DNA from: Limnothrix sp. BL-A-16
Lineage (GTDB): Bacteria; Cyanobacteriota; Cyanobacteriia; CACIAM-69d
DNA: 64,000 nucleotides
Reading direction: 5' to 3'
Assembly (NCBI GenBank): GCA_041937175.2
Contig: CP166615.1
Location: 3,392,001-3,456,000, forward strand
In this document: positions 23,691-34,429 of the stretch, piece by piece
Layout of the letters: every line of letters begins with the position of its first letter
How positions within the stretch are numbered: position 1 is the first letter of the stretch
The notes under the pieces: model-generated
What the model saw: only the letters and a program-made list of their open reading frames with translations
The model's database searches: none
Told to the model about the DNA's origin: nothing
Made by a program: the position numbers and the translations under genes

Positions 23691-24983
23691 CTACAGCGTC
23701 AGGGATTGCACATCGCCTTCGATTAGGGCGGCCAAGTCGCGCAGGAAGCCCGCCGAATCTGCACCGTAGATGATCCGGTGGTCGGCGGTCAGGTTCACTT
23801 GCATCACCCGCTTCACACCCAACAAACCGTCATCGGTCGCCACCACAGTCGGCTTGGACGCGCCCACAGCCAAGATTGCCCCTTGGCCCGGCGGCAAGAT
23901 CGCATCAAAGCGATCGACCCCAAACATGCCCAAGTTCGACAGGGTGAACGTGCCGGTCGTGTACTCATCCGGTTGCAACTGCTTGCTGCGGGCCCGAGTT
24001 ACCAGGTCTTGCCAGTTGCGTGACAGGGAATAGAGATCCACCTGGTCGGCATTCTTCAGCACGGGGGTGATCAGGCCACCATCGGGCATGGCCACGGCCA
24101 CGGCGATGTTGATGTCGCTGCGGTAGGCGATCGCGTCAGGGGCGTAAGCGGCGTTCACCACCGGGTGCTTGCGCAGGCTGAGGGCCACGGCCTTGGCCAG
24201 CAGGGCGGTCATGGTCACGCCCTTGGACTTCACTTGTTTGTAGAGTGCATCCAGCTTGTCGGTGGTGATTGAGTAGCCCACGCGGAAGGTGGGAACGCTC
24301 AGGCTGACCATCATGTTGTTGACCACGGCCTTTTGCAGGGTGGTCATGGCCACAGCTTGACCGGGCATGGGTGGCAATGGGGCAGCCGCAGCAGCCGCAG
24401 CCGGGGCAGCAGCGGGCACGGCCACGGGCGCGGCGATCGGGGCGGGAGCGGCGGCCGGGGTGCGACCGGCGGCCCGTTCCACGTCTTCGGCCACGATTCG
24501 ACCGTTAGGGCCAGACCCCTTCAGGCCGCTGAGGTCCACTTTCAATTCTTTGGCCAGCTTCTTGGCGCGGGGCGAGGCGATCGTGCGGTCGCTGGGGCTG
24601 GTTGCGGGGGCGCTGGCTCCGTTGCTGGGGGCAGCGGCCACGGCCACCGGAGTGGCAACGGGCGCGGCGGCCGGGGCCGGGGCGGCGCTGGCTGCTCCGC
24701 CGGATAGGCTGGCTGCTTGGGCCTTGGCGGCTTCGATTTCCGCTTCGGTTTCGGCAATCAGGGCGATCGTGGAACCCACAGGGGCGGAACCACCGGCATC
24801 AACCACAATCGCGGCCATGTAGCCCTCGTTAAAGGATTCCACGTCCATGTCTGCCTTGTCGGACTCGACGATCAGGATCGTTTCGCCTTTGGCTACTTTG
24901 TCGCCCGGCGCTTTCTCCCACGAGACAATTTTGCCTTCGGTCATCGTGGAGCTAAGGGCAGGCATGAAGACTTCGTGAATCAT
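23691..24983 (-). CDS. pdhC: Pyruvate dehydrogenase E2, dihydrolipoamide acetyltransferase
   Basis: Lipoyl VESDKA, ASPRAKKLA, DHRIIYG. Confidence 0.96.
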   Translation of the reverse strand: MIHEVFMPALSSTMTEGKIVSWEKAPGDKVAKGETILIVESDKADMDVESFNEGYMAAIVVDAGGSAPVGSTIALIAETEAEIEAAKAQAASLSGGAASAAPAPAAAPVATPVAVAAAPSNGASAPATSPSDRTIASPRAKKLAKELKVDLSGLKGSGPNGRIVAEDVERAAGRTPAAAPAPIAAPVAVPAAAPAAAAAAAPLPPMPGQAVAMTTLQKAVVNNMMVSLSVPTFRVGYSITTDKLDALYKQVKSKGVTMTALLAKAVALSLRKHPVVNAAYAPDAIAYRSDINIAVAVAMPDGGLITPVLKNADQVDLYSLSRNWQDLVTRARSKQLQPDEYTTGTFTLSNLGMFGVDRFDAILPPGQGAILAVGASKPTVVATDDGLLGVKRVMQVNLTADHRIIYGADSAGFLRDLAALIEGDVQSLTL

Positions 24984-25157
24984 GGGCCGATCGTACCGGG
25001 GAACGCTAGGACTTGAATGGTTGGGCTGCAATTCGCCAAAGTCAGATTTTACCGTCTGTGGGGGACGGTGGTGGCGTTGGTTGGCGATCGAGCCGTCAGA
25101 GTCAGGGATCGATCGTGTCACGCCGGGTGCTCACCGGTCGGTGGCCCCGGAAGCGCC

Positions 25158-25676
25158 CTAGTTGCGGAGGTCAGCAGATTTCAGATATTCCGTGTTCACA
25201 CCGGATTCACGGGTGAGGGCAATTTTGCCGGTGCGGGCCAGCTCGCGCACGCCAAATTTTTCCAGCAATTGCAGGATCGCCACCATTTTTCCGGGGTCGC
25301 CCACCACCTCGATCGTCAGGGAATCGTCAGACACATCCACCACCCTTGCCCGGAAAATTTGCGCCAGTTCGATAATTTCCGATCGGGCACTGCTGGGCGC
25401 ATTCACCTTCACCAACATCAACTCCCGTTCCACACAGGGCACTTCGGTGATGTCTTGGACTTTGATCACGTTGATCAGCTTGTAGAGCTGCTTGACGATT
25501 TGCTCAATGATCCGGTCATCGCCGGACACAATCATCGTGATTCGCGATACGCCCCCTTGCTCGGCGGGGCCGACGGCCAGGCTTTCGATGTTGTATCCCC
25601 GGCGGGCAAAGAGACCCGCGATGCGCGTCAAAACGCCGGCTTCGTCCTCGACAAGTACAGAAAGGGTGTGTTTCAT
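25158..25676 (-). CDS. ilvH: Acetolactate synthase small subunit
   Basis: [33 protein letters not shown]. Confidence 0.95.
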   Translation of the reverse strand: MKHTLSVLVEDEAGVLTRIAGLFARRGYNIESLAVGPAEQGGVSRITMIVSGDDRIIEQIVKQLYKLINVIKVQDITEVPCVERELMLVKVNAPSSARSEIIELAQIFRARVVDVSDDSLTIEVVGDPGKMVAILQLLEKFGVRELARTGKIALTRESGVNTEYLKSADLRN

Positions 25677-26006
25677 GGTTCGGTGAAAGGCTGATGGCCA
25701 GGGCGGGCGATCGATCGAGTGCATCCCAAAGGTGAATCGCACCCAATGCTGATCCCAATTCCCAATCGCATTCCAAATCTTGCGACAGCCTTTCAGTTTA
25801 GGCGATTTGGCGGTCTTCCGATTGCCCAACTCCAGTAACCAACCGAGGGACGGCAGAAGGCGCGATCGGAGCTAATCAGGGGCTAATCAGGGGCTAATCA
25901 GCAGTTATTCAACGGCAATTCATTGGGGCCAAGCCCGATCGCCCAGAGACCGATCGGGCTTGGCCATCCCGGGGGCGACGGGGCCTCAGGGGGGTGTTAG
26001 AATTTT

Positions 26007-26025
26007 TTTGAGAACCATTCTCAAA
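26007..26025. promoter_or_regulatory. Zur-box-like palindrome
   Basis: TTTGAGAACCATTCTCAAA just downstream of TGtTAGAAT (extended -10), upstream of metal ABC genes. Confidence 0.65.
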
Positions 26026-26129
26026 CTAATCTTCGGCATTTCCGTGAGTCACTGCCATTGTGCGGCGCTGTTGGGGCGCGGTGGTGGCTGGCGGTTTTGT
26101 TGGCTTTCCTACTGGAACCCATCGCCTCC

Positions 26130-26879
26130 ATGTTGCAAGTTCAATCGCTGTGTGTTCGCTATCGCGGACTCTCGGTTCTGGACGATGTTTCGCTTGACCT
26201 CGCGCCCGGTGAATTGGTGGGGCTGATTGGCCCTAACGGCGCGGGCAAAAGCACCCTGATCAAGGCTCTGCTGGGCCTTGTGCCGATCGAGTCGGGCCTA
26301 ATTACCTTTCGGGGCGTGCCCTTGCGGCGACTGCGCCATTGCGTGGCCTACGTGCCCCAACGGTCACAAATCGACTGGGACTATCCCATTACCGTGCAGC
26401 AGGTGGTGATGATGGCCTTTGCCAAGGCGGCGGGGTGGTGGCGATCGCCGGGCCCAGCAGCCCGGGCCGCAGCTCGATCGGCCATGGAACAGGTGAATAT
26501 TTGGGATTTGCGCGATCGCCCGATCGGCTCCCTTTCCGGTGGGCAACAGCAGCGGGTTTTTTTGGCTCGGGCCCTGGCCCAAAAGGCAGAATTTTTTCTG
26601 TTAGATGAACCTTTTACCGGTGTGGACAAGCAAACGGAACTGGTGTTGTTGAATCTGTTTGCCGAACTCCGCAGCCGGGGCCATTTGGTGTTGGTTTGCT
26701 CCCACGAGTGGGGCAGCTCCCTGGAACGATACGATCGGTTGCTATTGCTGAATCGATCGCTCCTGGCGAACGATCGGCCCCAGGCGGTAATGACCCTTGA
26801 TAATATTCGGCGTGCCTATGGCGAAAATATGCAAACGGTCGATCGCCATGCTCCCTTTGAATCGGTTTTAGCCTGTTAG
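26130..26879 (+). CDS. Zn/Mn ABC transporter ATP-binding subunit
   Basis: GPNGAGKST, AYVPQRSQIDW, LSGGQQQR, LLDEPF. Confidence 0.92.
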   Translation: MLQVQSLCVRYRGLSVLDDVSLDLAPGELVGLIGPNGAGKSTLIKALLGLVPIESGLITFRGVPLRRLRHCVAYVPQRSQIDWDYPITVQQVVMMAFAKAAGWWRSPGPAARAAARSAMEQVNIWDLRDRPIGSLSGGQQQRVFLARALAQKAEFFLLDEPFTGVDKQTELVLLNLFAELRSRGHLVLVCSHEWGSSLERYDRLLLLNRSLLANDRPQAVMTLDNIRRAYGENMQTVDRHAPFESVLAC

Positions 26880-26945
26880 CAAATCCCGTGAGACTATCCT
26901 GATTGGAAATCCGAATCTGATTCACCTGAATGCTGAGGGCTAATT

Positions 26946-27845
26946 TTGGACTGGCTGCTTGATCCTCTGCAATATGAATTCGTGCGTAATGCGATCGCGA
27001 TCGGGGTGATCGTGGGCGTAGTTTGTCCTGTGGTGGGCAGTTATTTAATTGTGCTGCGGATGTCTCTGCTGGGTGATGTGATTGCCCATGCGGTAATGCC
27101 TGGTTTGGTGATCGCCAATGCGCTGCGTATTGATTTATCGATCGGGGCGTTCATGTCTGGCATGTGTAGCACCTTCGTCATTGCCTGGATTCGACAGCAA
27201 TCGCGGGTGCGGGTTGATGCGGCCATGACCCTAACTTTTTCCACCTTTTTTGGCTTAGGAATTGCTCTGATTTCACTGCTAAAAACGCAGCTTGATCTGG
27301 AAGGATTTCTCTTTGGCGATATTTTGAATGTCACCCAAGGAGACTTGCTGCACGGGGTGATTGTGGCAGTGATTTTATTAGCTTTAATTAAACTGCATTA
27401 TAAGGAACTACTGTTTTATACCTTTGACCCCTTGGGGGCCGAGGCGGCCGGATTACCCACCACTTGGATTCACTACGGCTTGATGGCGGGAGTGACCTTG
27501 GCGATCGTGACGAGCTTGAAGGTGGTGGGGGTGATTATGGCGATCGCAATGTTGGTGGGCCCGGCGATCACGGCCTATTTGTTGGTCAAAGAGCTGCACA
27601 TGATGATGTTGGTGGGCGCTGGCTTGGGGGTGTTGGCCGCGATCGGGGGCATGTACAGCAGTTTCTATTGGGATTTGCCCTCGGGCGCGGCGATCGCCCT
27701 GGTGATTTTTGGGTTGTTTTTGATGGCCCTGTTGTTTAGTCCCAGTCAGGGAATCTTGACCCGTCCCCGCGCCAACTCAACCCGTCCGCGATCGGGCAAG
27801 GCTTCGGAGTCGGCAGCTCCCAAACCGACCGCAGACCTGGACTAA
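26946..27845 (+). CDS. Zn/Mn ABC transporter permease
   Basis: SLLGDVIAHAVMPG, LFGDIL; ABC-3 type. Confidence 0.92.
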   Translation: MDWLLDPLQYEFVRNAIAIGVIVGVVCPVVGSYLIVLRMSLLGDVIAHAVMPGLVIANALRIDLSIGAFMSGMCSTFVIAWIRQQSRVRVDAAMTLTFSTFFGLGIALISLLKTQLDLEGFLFGDILNVTQGDLLHGVIVAVILLALIKLHYKELLFYTFDPLGAEAAGLPTTWIHYGLMAGVTLAIVTSLKVVGVIMAIAMLVGPAITAYLLVKELHMMMLVGAGLGVLAAIGGMYSSFYWDLPSGAAIALVIFGLFLMALLFSPSQGILTRPRANSTRPRSGKASESAAPKPTADLD

Positions 27846-27892
27846 CAGCCAATCTGAGCTAGCGGATCTCAGTGAATTTCAGTGAACCTCAA

Positions 27893-28438
27893 CTAGCGAA
27901 TGGTCTGTGTGGGTGGCCCTTGGTTGGGAGAGGTGGGGAATTGGGGCGTTGCAGCAGGGCTGGGGGTGTTGCGTCTGGGGGCCCAAGCACCACATTCAGC
28001 CAGCAGGGCGCTGGGTTGGTCGCTGTAGGCGCTCATGCAGTCGATCGTGATTCTCGATCGATTGGCGGAGTTGTAGCGACTGGCCGGAACACCGGTGCTG
28101 GTGGCGGCGGAGCCATTGCCGCGATTGGGGTTGCTGCCGGGGCCGCTGGCGGAATTGGGTTGGCTGGGCGGCGGCCCGCCGGAGTTACCGCTGCCGGGCG
28201 AGGGCGTAATTGGTTCTTCGAGGTTGGGAGCCTGGGCGTTGGGGTTGCGGCAACGGGCCAGAGCATAGGGATCATTCCCCGCGCGGCGCATACAGTCCAA
28301 CAGGCCAGGACTTTGGGCCTGGGCGGTGGGCGTGCCCAAGGTCACGAGGGCCAACAGCCCGATCGCCCCTAAACCCCGGGTGATCACGTTGGTGATCGCG
28401 AGTTGCCACTGAGAAACCATCGGTCGATCGAACGCCAT
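27893..28438 (-). CDS. Hypothetical secreted protein, two Cys-pair repeats around a P/S/N/G linker
   Basis: AQA signal cleavage; DCM...LARC and DCM...LAEC. Confidence 0.6.
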   Translation of the reverse strand: MAFDRPMVSQWQLAITNVITRGLGAIGLLALVTLGTPTAQAQSPGLLDCMRRAGNDPYALARCRNPNAQAPNLEEPITPSPGSGNSGGPPPSQPNSASGPGSNPNRGNGSAATSTGVPASRYNSANRSRITIDCMSAYSDQPSALLAECGAWAPRRNTPSPAATPQFPTSPNQGPPTQTIR

Positions 28439-28442
28439 CGGC

Positions 28443-29954
28443 TCAAACCTCCAGGTAGTCGCACAGCCGATCCAGGGTTAAGGATGTTTCCAAAAGGTCG
28501 GCCATTCGATCGTACAACTGTTGCCGATGTTGTTGCCAGGATTGGGGGTTGGGGCGATGGGTGGTGATGCCGGCCAAGTGGGTCAGGGTTTGGCGCACCG
28601 CCGCCGACTCAAACAGTCCATGGACATAGGTTCCCCAAATGTATCCTTGGGCCGATCGGGCCCCTTCCGGTTCCGGTGGTTGCCCGATCGGCTCCAGGGT
28701 CAGCAATCGATCGCAAGGGGCGATCGGGCGGGTTTGTCCCATGTGAATTTCATAGGCTTGCCAGCGATCAACCTGCGGAATGTCATGCGGTGGGGTTGCA
28801 CCGGCCGGACTGGGCCAATGGGCCGTCACTTGGCGCACGGTTTTTTGTGGAAAATAATCCGTTTCCACCGGCAACAGCCCCAACCCCGCCATCTCGCCCG
28901 CAGCCCCCGCAATGCCCGTGCGATCGACCAGCGATCGACCCAACATTTGATAGCCCCCACAAATGCCCACCACCGGCACACCCTGGGCGGCGGCCCGTTG
29001 AATGGCCGCTGCCAAGCCCGTTTCCTGGAGCCAAGCCAAATCCCGCAGGGTGTTTTTGCTGCCCGGCAACACGATCGCCCGGGCGGTGGCCAACTCGGCC
29101 GGCCGGGTCACCCAGCGCACCGCCACCCCTTGATCGATCGACCAAGGTTGGCTGTCTTGGGAATTGGACAAAAAGGGAAACCGAATCCAGGCAATCACCG
29201 GGTGATCGCATTCCGCTGGGGCCTCTTCCGCCGATCGACAGAGGCTATCTTCGCTTTCCGGTTGCAACTCCGCCGCGTAGGGCAAGGTTCCCAAATAGGG
29301 CAGGTGGGGCAAATGCTGCTGAAAATAGCGATCAGCATCGGCAAATAGCCGCAAATCACCCCGAAACTTATTCACCACCAAGCCCAATCCCAAGGCCTGA
29401 GCCGATCGGGGCATCAGTTGATAAGTCCCCACCGCTTGGGCAAAAATACCGCCTCGTTCAATGTCTCCCACCAACAGCCAGCGGCCTTGGAGATGCTCGA
29501 TCGGGCGCAAATTCACCAAATCCCGGTGCATCAAGTTCAATTCCACCGGGCTGCCTGCCCCCTCCAGCACCAACACATCACAGCGATCGCGCCAGTCCGC
29601 CAGGGTTTGCGCCACCACTTCCCACAGGCGATCGATATGTTGGTAATAGTCTGCCGCCGCAATATGCTCCCCGGCCTGGCCCAACAGCACCAACTGCGAT
29701 CGGCTATTGCCCGAAGGCTTCAGCAAAATGGGATTCATCTCCGCCACGGGCCGCAACCCGCAGGCCTCCGCCTGGGCCGCCTGGGCCCGCCCAATTTCGC
29801 CCCCTTCCAGGGTCACGAAGGAATTATTGGACATGTTTTGGGCCTTGAACGGCGCAACCCGCAGACCCTGCCGCCGCAACCAAGCACAAAGGGCTGTGGT
29901 TACCCAACTTTTGCCCGCGTTGGAGGAGGTTCCTAAAACTGCGATCGACTTCAT
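28443..29954 (-). CDS. cobQ: Cobyric acid synthase
   Basis: GTSSNAGKS, PFKAQNMS, EGAGSP, GICGGYQMLG, GTYVHG. Confidence 0.95.
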   Translation of the reverse strand: MKSIAVLGTSSNAGKSWVTTALCAWLRRQGLRVAPFKAQNMSNNSFVTLEGGEIGRAQAAQAEACGLRPVAEMNPILLKPSGNSRSQLVLLGQAGEHIAAADYYQHIDRLWEVVAQTLADWRDRCDVLVLEGAGSPVELNLMHRDLVNLRPIEHLQGRWLLVGDIERGGIFAQAVGTYQLMPRSAQALGLGLVVNKFRGDLRLFADADRYFQQHLPHLPYLGTLPYAAELQPESEDSLCRSAEEAPAECDHPVIAWIRFPFLSNSQDSQPWSIDQGVAVRWVTRPAELATARAIVLPGSKNTLRDLAWLQETGLAAAIQRAAAQGVPVVGICGGYQMLGRSLVDRTGIAGAAGEMAGLGLLPVETDYFPQKTVRQVTAHWPSPAGATPPHDIPQVDRWQAYEIHMGQTRPIAPCDRLLTLEPIGQPPEPEGARSAQGYIWGTYVHGLFESAAVRQTLTHLAGITTHRPNPQSWQQHRQQLYDRMADLLETSLTLDRLCDYLEV

Positions 29955-29965
29955 GAACTTTGCTA

Positions 29966-30107
29966 GGGCCTGTCGTGATTGCCTGGAATTGAGCGGAAAC
30001 GGTTAATTTGCCATCCTCCAGTCGTCGGCACAAGATGCTCAATCCCCTTGCTTCCCACGATCTCGTTACGGCGGAATCAGAGTTTTGGGCGATTTGACGA
30101 CACCCCC
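29966..30107. mobile_element. MITE family A copy (142 bp), followed by a partial copy
   Basis: ta-gggcctgtcgt...tgacgacaccccc-ta. Confidence 0.8.
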
Positions 30108-30160
30108 TAAGCCCCTTGTCCCTAGTGAGATTGTCACGGTGGGATCAGGGTTTTGGGCGA

Positions 30161-31393
30161 TTAAACAAAATCCTTCGCTTTGGTGGAAAGGGCCGATCCC
30201 AAATTGCCCGCCAACACCACCTCGTAGTTGTAGCTGCTGTTGGCCGACAATGCGCCACCGCCCACCCGTTGGGTCATGGAGGTTTTGTCGGGCCGGCGCG
30301 GCGCATAGGTGGAGTCGGCCTGAACAGTCACAGTCCCACCCGAAAACCGCAGCCCCTTGACCGTTAGAGAGTTGGTGCGATCGTCCGCAACGCTAACCGT
30401 GCGCCGATCGTTGCGAGCCGTTAGGTAGGTGGCGTTTTGGATGTTGCCCGTGGCCAGGTCAACCTTGGCCAGAATGCTGACTCGGCTGCCACCGCCACCG
30501 CCGGGGCTGCCATCCGTGTAGCCGCGCAGCCAACCACTGCCCGTGAATCGGCTGTAGCCATTGCCCGGTTGCGTGCCGGTGGAGGTAAAGACGGCGTAGA
30601 GATTGGAGCCATCCCAAGCCAAGCCCGTGCCCGTACCGTCATCGTTGGTGGTTTCGTAGTCCGTGCGCACCCAGCGTCTGACCCCGTTGTTAAAGCTCAC
30701 CAGGATCGGATCTTTGTTGGCGGAGGTCACTTGGCGATAACCGATATAAACGGTGGTGGTGCCGATCGTGACTTTGGGCCCATTTTTCGCGGCGATCGCG
30801 GCCTCCGAGTCGTTGATTCCGAAGGTAACGGCGTTTTTCACCGAAGATTGCACACCGTTGCGAGGCACATTGACCGATCGGGGCAGGTCTGGGGCGATCG
30901 CGGCGGTTTCCTCCTGAGGCGCTCCGGTCAGGGGATCCAACGGGCGATCGGGGGCATCAGTTCCCGATCGGCGACCCAGATGATCAAAATCCTGATTGAA
31001 ATTGCCACCCGTTTCACCGCGCCTCAGGTTGCGATTTTGTCCCCAGGAATTCAACAAGAAATCATCACTGATTTGACCCAAATTGATCTGATCATTCACT
31101 CCAGCATTAACCGCAGAATTCCCAGGCAAATCAACCCCAGAAAGAAGCTGCTTTGTGCTGAAAAATTCGGAAATGTGATCAATGCTTTTGATCTCAGAAC
31201 TTTTGATCTCAGAATCTTGGGTTTCGATCGAGTGCTGAGTGCTGAAACCGCCTCCGGAATTGTGAGCATGGATTGGCGAAAAGTAGGATGCAACCCCACT
31301 TGAACCCATCGTCCAACGTGGCTCAATGCCTTGGCCCAGAACAGCCGTTGCCGAATTGGCCAAGCTTCCTCCCCCAAAATCAGTAGATGCCAT
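30161..31393 (-). CDS. Hypothetical protein sharing the C-terminal domain of the upstream RTX protein
   Basis: DSEAAIAAKNGPK...ALSTKAKDFV paralogous to the end of 31438-33762; start uncertain. Confidence 0.75.
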   Translation of the reverse strand: MASTDFGGGSLANSATAVLGQGIEPRWTMGSSGVASYFSPIHAHNSGGGFSTQHSIETQDSEIKSSEIKSIDHISEFFSTKQLLSGVDLPGNSAVNAGVNDQINLGQISDDFLLNSWGQNRNLRRGETGGNFNQDFDHLGRRSGTDAPDRPLDPLTGAPQEETAAIAPDLPRSVNVPRNGVQSSVKNAVTFGINDSEAAIAAKNGPKVTIGTTTVYIGYRQVTSANKDPILVSFNNGVRRWVRTDYETTNDDGTGTGLAWDGSNLYAVFTSTGTQPGNGYSRFTGSGWLRGYTDGSPGGGGGSRVSILAKVDLATGNIQNATYLTARNDRRTVSVADDRTNSLTVKGLRFSGGTVTVQADSTYAPRRPDKTSMTQRVGGGALSANSSYNYEVVLAGNLGSALSTKAKDFV

Positions 31394-31437
31394 CAAGAAC
31401 TCCAGACGATCGTGAGCGGGCCCTGGCATCCTAGGCC

Positions 31438-33762
31438 TCAAATGAAGTCTTTGGCCCTCGTGGACAGGGCAGATCCCAAATTGGCTGAGAGTACCACTTC
31501 GTAGTTGTAGCCCGTGCTGGCGGGCAGTGCACCATTGCCAACATTTTGAGTCATGGCTGTTTTGTCGGGACGGCGCGGCGCGTAGGCCGAATCCGCCTGC
31601 ACCAGCACATTGCCGCCCGTGAAACTGAGACCCCGCACAAACAGGGAGTTGGTGGTGTCGTCACCAAGGGTGACGGTTCCCTTGTCATTACGTGCCGTCA
31701 GGTAAGTGGCGTTTTGGATATTGCCCGTGGTGGGATCAACCTTGGCCAAAATCCCCACTTTGCCGCCGCCGCCCCCGCTGGGGCTGCCGTCTGTGTAGCC
31801 CGTGAGCCAACCGCTGCCCGTGAAGCGACTGAGGTTATTCCCCGGTTGGTTGCCGGTGGAGGTGAAGACAGCATAGAGATTGGAGCCATCCCAAGCCAGG
31901 CCCGTGCCTGTTCCATCATCGGCGGTGGTTTCGTAGTCGGTGCGTACCCAGTTGCGCACGCCGTTGGTGAAACTGACCAGGATCGGATCCTGATTGAGGG
32001 CCGATACCTGTTGATAGCCGATGTAGATGTTGGTGTTGCCGAGGGTGATCTTCGGGCCATTTTTGGCGGCGATCGCGGCTTCCGAATCACCGGGGCTGAA
32101 GGCAACGGCACTGGATACGGAGGATTGCACCGGGCCGCCGGTGGGCGTGGTGGTCGCGTTGGGGCCGCTGGCGGCGCTGTCGATGATGCTGATGGTGGCG
32201 GTGTTGATGCTGCCCAGTTGCCCGCCCGTGGGGCTGCTGAGGTTGAGTTGGAAGGTTTCCGTTGGCTCGGCCAGGCTGTCAATCAGGATCGGGATCGTGA
32301 GGCTGGCGACGCTTTGGCCGGCGGTGAAGGTGAGCTGGCCATTGATGGCGCTGTAGTCGAGACCGGCCAGGGCGGTTCCGTTGCTGGTGGCATAGGTCAC
32401 CGACAGGGGTTGGGACAGGTCGCCGGTTCGTCGCACGGGGATGGCCAGAGAGCCGCCGGTTTCGTTGATGCTGTAGCTGCTGCCATCGAGGGAAACGGCG
32501 GGGCCGGTGGGGTTCGTGCTGCTGCCGCCGCCGCTGCCGTCGCGGATGGTGAGGGTGGCGGTTGCCCGATCGAGCTGGGCCCCCACGGGATTAGACAACA
32601 GCAGGGCCACGGTTTCATCGGTTTCCGTGAGGCGATCGTCTGTTAGGGGAATGGAGATGGTTTTGCGGGTTTCGCCAGGCGCAAAGGCGATCGCGCTGTT
32701 CACGGGAGTGAAATCTTGGTTGGGGGTGGCCGTGCCGCTGCCGGTGCTGAAGGTGACCTGGGCGGCGGTTTGCAGGTTGCCGGAACGCTCCAGGGTAATC
32801 ACGGCGCTGCGATCTTGCTCGTTGCCCACAAAACCGCCGTTCAGGAAGCGCAGGATCGTGGTGCTGGCGTTCAGGCTTTCTTGGGAGATCACGTTGCTGG
32901 CGCTGACGCTATTGGGGTTGATGCCCTTGAGAACGGCCATGTAGCGGCCCGTTGCCCGATCGCGGACGATCGTGTCACCGCTGTTAATGCCAGTACCGGC
33001 CGTGAAGTCCAAATCTTCAAACCGTTGACCGCTGGGGATCACCAGCCGATCGGCTCCTTCCTGCAAAAAATCCAAAATCACATCGGCCGAGGCGATCGAG
33101 CTGCCACCCGTCACCGCACTGATCAAGAACAGATCGGCCCCGGCTCCACCGGTCAGGGTGTCGGCTCCCAAATCTCCCGACAGCACATCATCCCCCAAGT
33201 CCCCCGACAGCAGATCATCGCCCGCACCGCCCCAGAGGGTATCGGCTTCCTTGCCGCCGCGCAGTCGATCGTTGCCCCCATTGCCAAACAGCAAGTCGCG
33301 GCCGCGGTTGCCAGCCAATTGATCATCGCCCGCTAGCCCCTGGATTTGATCATCGCCACTCCAACCCAACAGCAAATCGCGACCAGTGCTCCCCGTGAGC
33401 GAATCGGTTGACTCGCTGCCAAAGTTGAAACGGTTAAACCCGCTGCCCGGTTCGCGCCGTTCCCGAAATCCCGATCGGGCAAAGTGCTCCAGGCCCGAAG
33501 TGAGCTGACCCCGCCCGATCGCCCCTTGCACGTCAGGATTTTGGGCTAAATAATTCGCTTCGTTGTAAAGCGGCAACACCGCTTGCAAAATCTCATAGTC
33601 GCCGCTGGGGCTGCGGCCTTCCTTGAAGCCATGCTGTGAAAAATGCGCAAAGCCCGATCGCAGCAAATTACTGCTTACCGCAAGGCTCACATCGGGATTT
33701 TGGGCTAAATAATCCGCTTCACGATAGGCAAAACTCGCCACCTCAAAACCGGTGAAATCCAT
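31438..33762 (-). CDS. RTX / Calx-beta protein with uncharacterised C-terminal domain
   Basis: YLAQNPDV repeats, GGxGxD nonapeptides, two Calx-beta domains. Confidence 0.88.
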   Translation of the reverse strand: MDFTGFEVASFAYREADYLAQNPDVSLAVSSNLLRSGFAHFSQHGFKEGRSPSGDYEILQAVLPLYNEANYLAQNPDVQGAIGRGQLTSGLEHFARSGFRERREPGSGFNRFNFGSESTDSLTGSTGRDLLLGWSGDDQIQGLAGDDQLAGNRGRDLLFGNGGNDRLRGGKEADTLWGGAGDDLLSGDLGDDVLSGDLGADTLTGGAGADLFLISAVTGGSSIASADVILDFLQEGADRLVIPSGQRFEDLDFTAGTGINSGDTIVRDRATGRYMAVLKGINPNSVSASNVISQESLNASTTILRFLNGGFVGNEQDRSAVITLERSGNLQTAAQVTFSTGSGTATPNQDFTPVNSAIAFAPGETRKTISIPLTDDRLTETDETVALLLSNPVGAQLDRATATLTIRDGSGGGSSTNPTGPAVSLDGSSYSINETGGSLAIPVRRTGDLSQPLSVTYATSNGTALAGLDYSAINGQLTFTAGQSVASLTIPILIDSLAEPTETFQLNLSSPTGGQLGSINTATISIIDSAASGPNATTTPTGGPVQSSVSSAVAFSPGDSEAAIAAKNGPKITLGNTNIYIGYQQVSALNQDPILVSFTNGVRNWVRTDYETTADDGTGTGLAWDGSNLYAVFTSTGNQPGNNLSRFTGSGWLTGYTDGSPSGGGGGKVGILAKVDPTTGNIQNATYLTARNDKGTVTLGDDTTNSLFVRGLSFTGGNVLVQADSAYAPRRPDKTAMTQNVGNGALPASTGYNYEVVLSANLGSALSTRAKDFI

Positions 33763-34140
33763 AGATCGGCTCCGTCTAGCAAAACTGATTCGCAGGGAAG
33801 GGTAGGAGCTGTCATCGCATTCGCTGAATTCCTGATGCCGGTGCGATCGACCGTGGGCAATGACCGCTGAAACCGGCTGCTCACAAAAGCTCCAGTTCCT
33901 TGTTTCTGGCGATCAGATCATGACAGGATGAGGACTGCGAGGATTTGATGACAGACCCTAACGGTTCTTTTCAAAAATTTTCCTGAGAAACCGGAATTGC
34001 GCTCCGAAACTAGATTGGGTGGGCATTTTGAACATAAAAGAAGTTTCAACAATAATTCAAAAGGGCATTTGATCAGGATATCTGAACAGTCAAAGCGGCC
34101 ATTTTGTGGATTTCATCGATCAACAAAGACAAATGGTTAA

Positions 34141-34271
34141 GAGGATGTTTGAAAAGTATCTTTTGGCCTGTGCCAAACACCAATAGTTGTGGGGGCAAGA
34201 TGCTCAAGCCCCTTGTCTACGTCGATCACTGGAGCGGACAGAGTAGCAATTTTGGCTTTTCAGACATTCTC
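34141..34271. mobile_element. MITE family B copy
   Basis: taa-gaggatgtttgaaaag...cttttcagacattctc-tga, 131 bp. Confidence 0.8.
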
Positions 34272-34429
34272 TGAGAGCCTGTCGATTTTTCGAGATCCTT
34301 TCGAGGCATCGTTGACCAATTTCTGACCCATTTTGGTTGAGCAGAGGCACGCCGATCGACGTGCCCGATCGCTCTGGATTCAAGTGCGAAATTGACGATG
34401 GGCAACTACTCGGCCCACTTCAACCCTGC

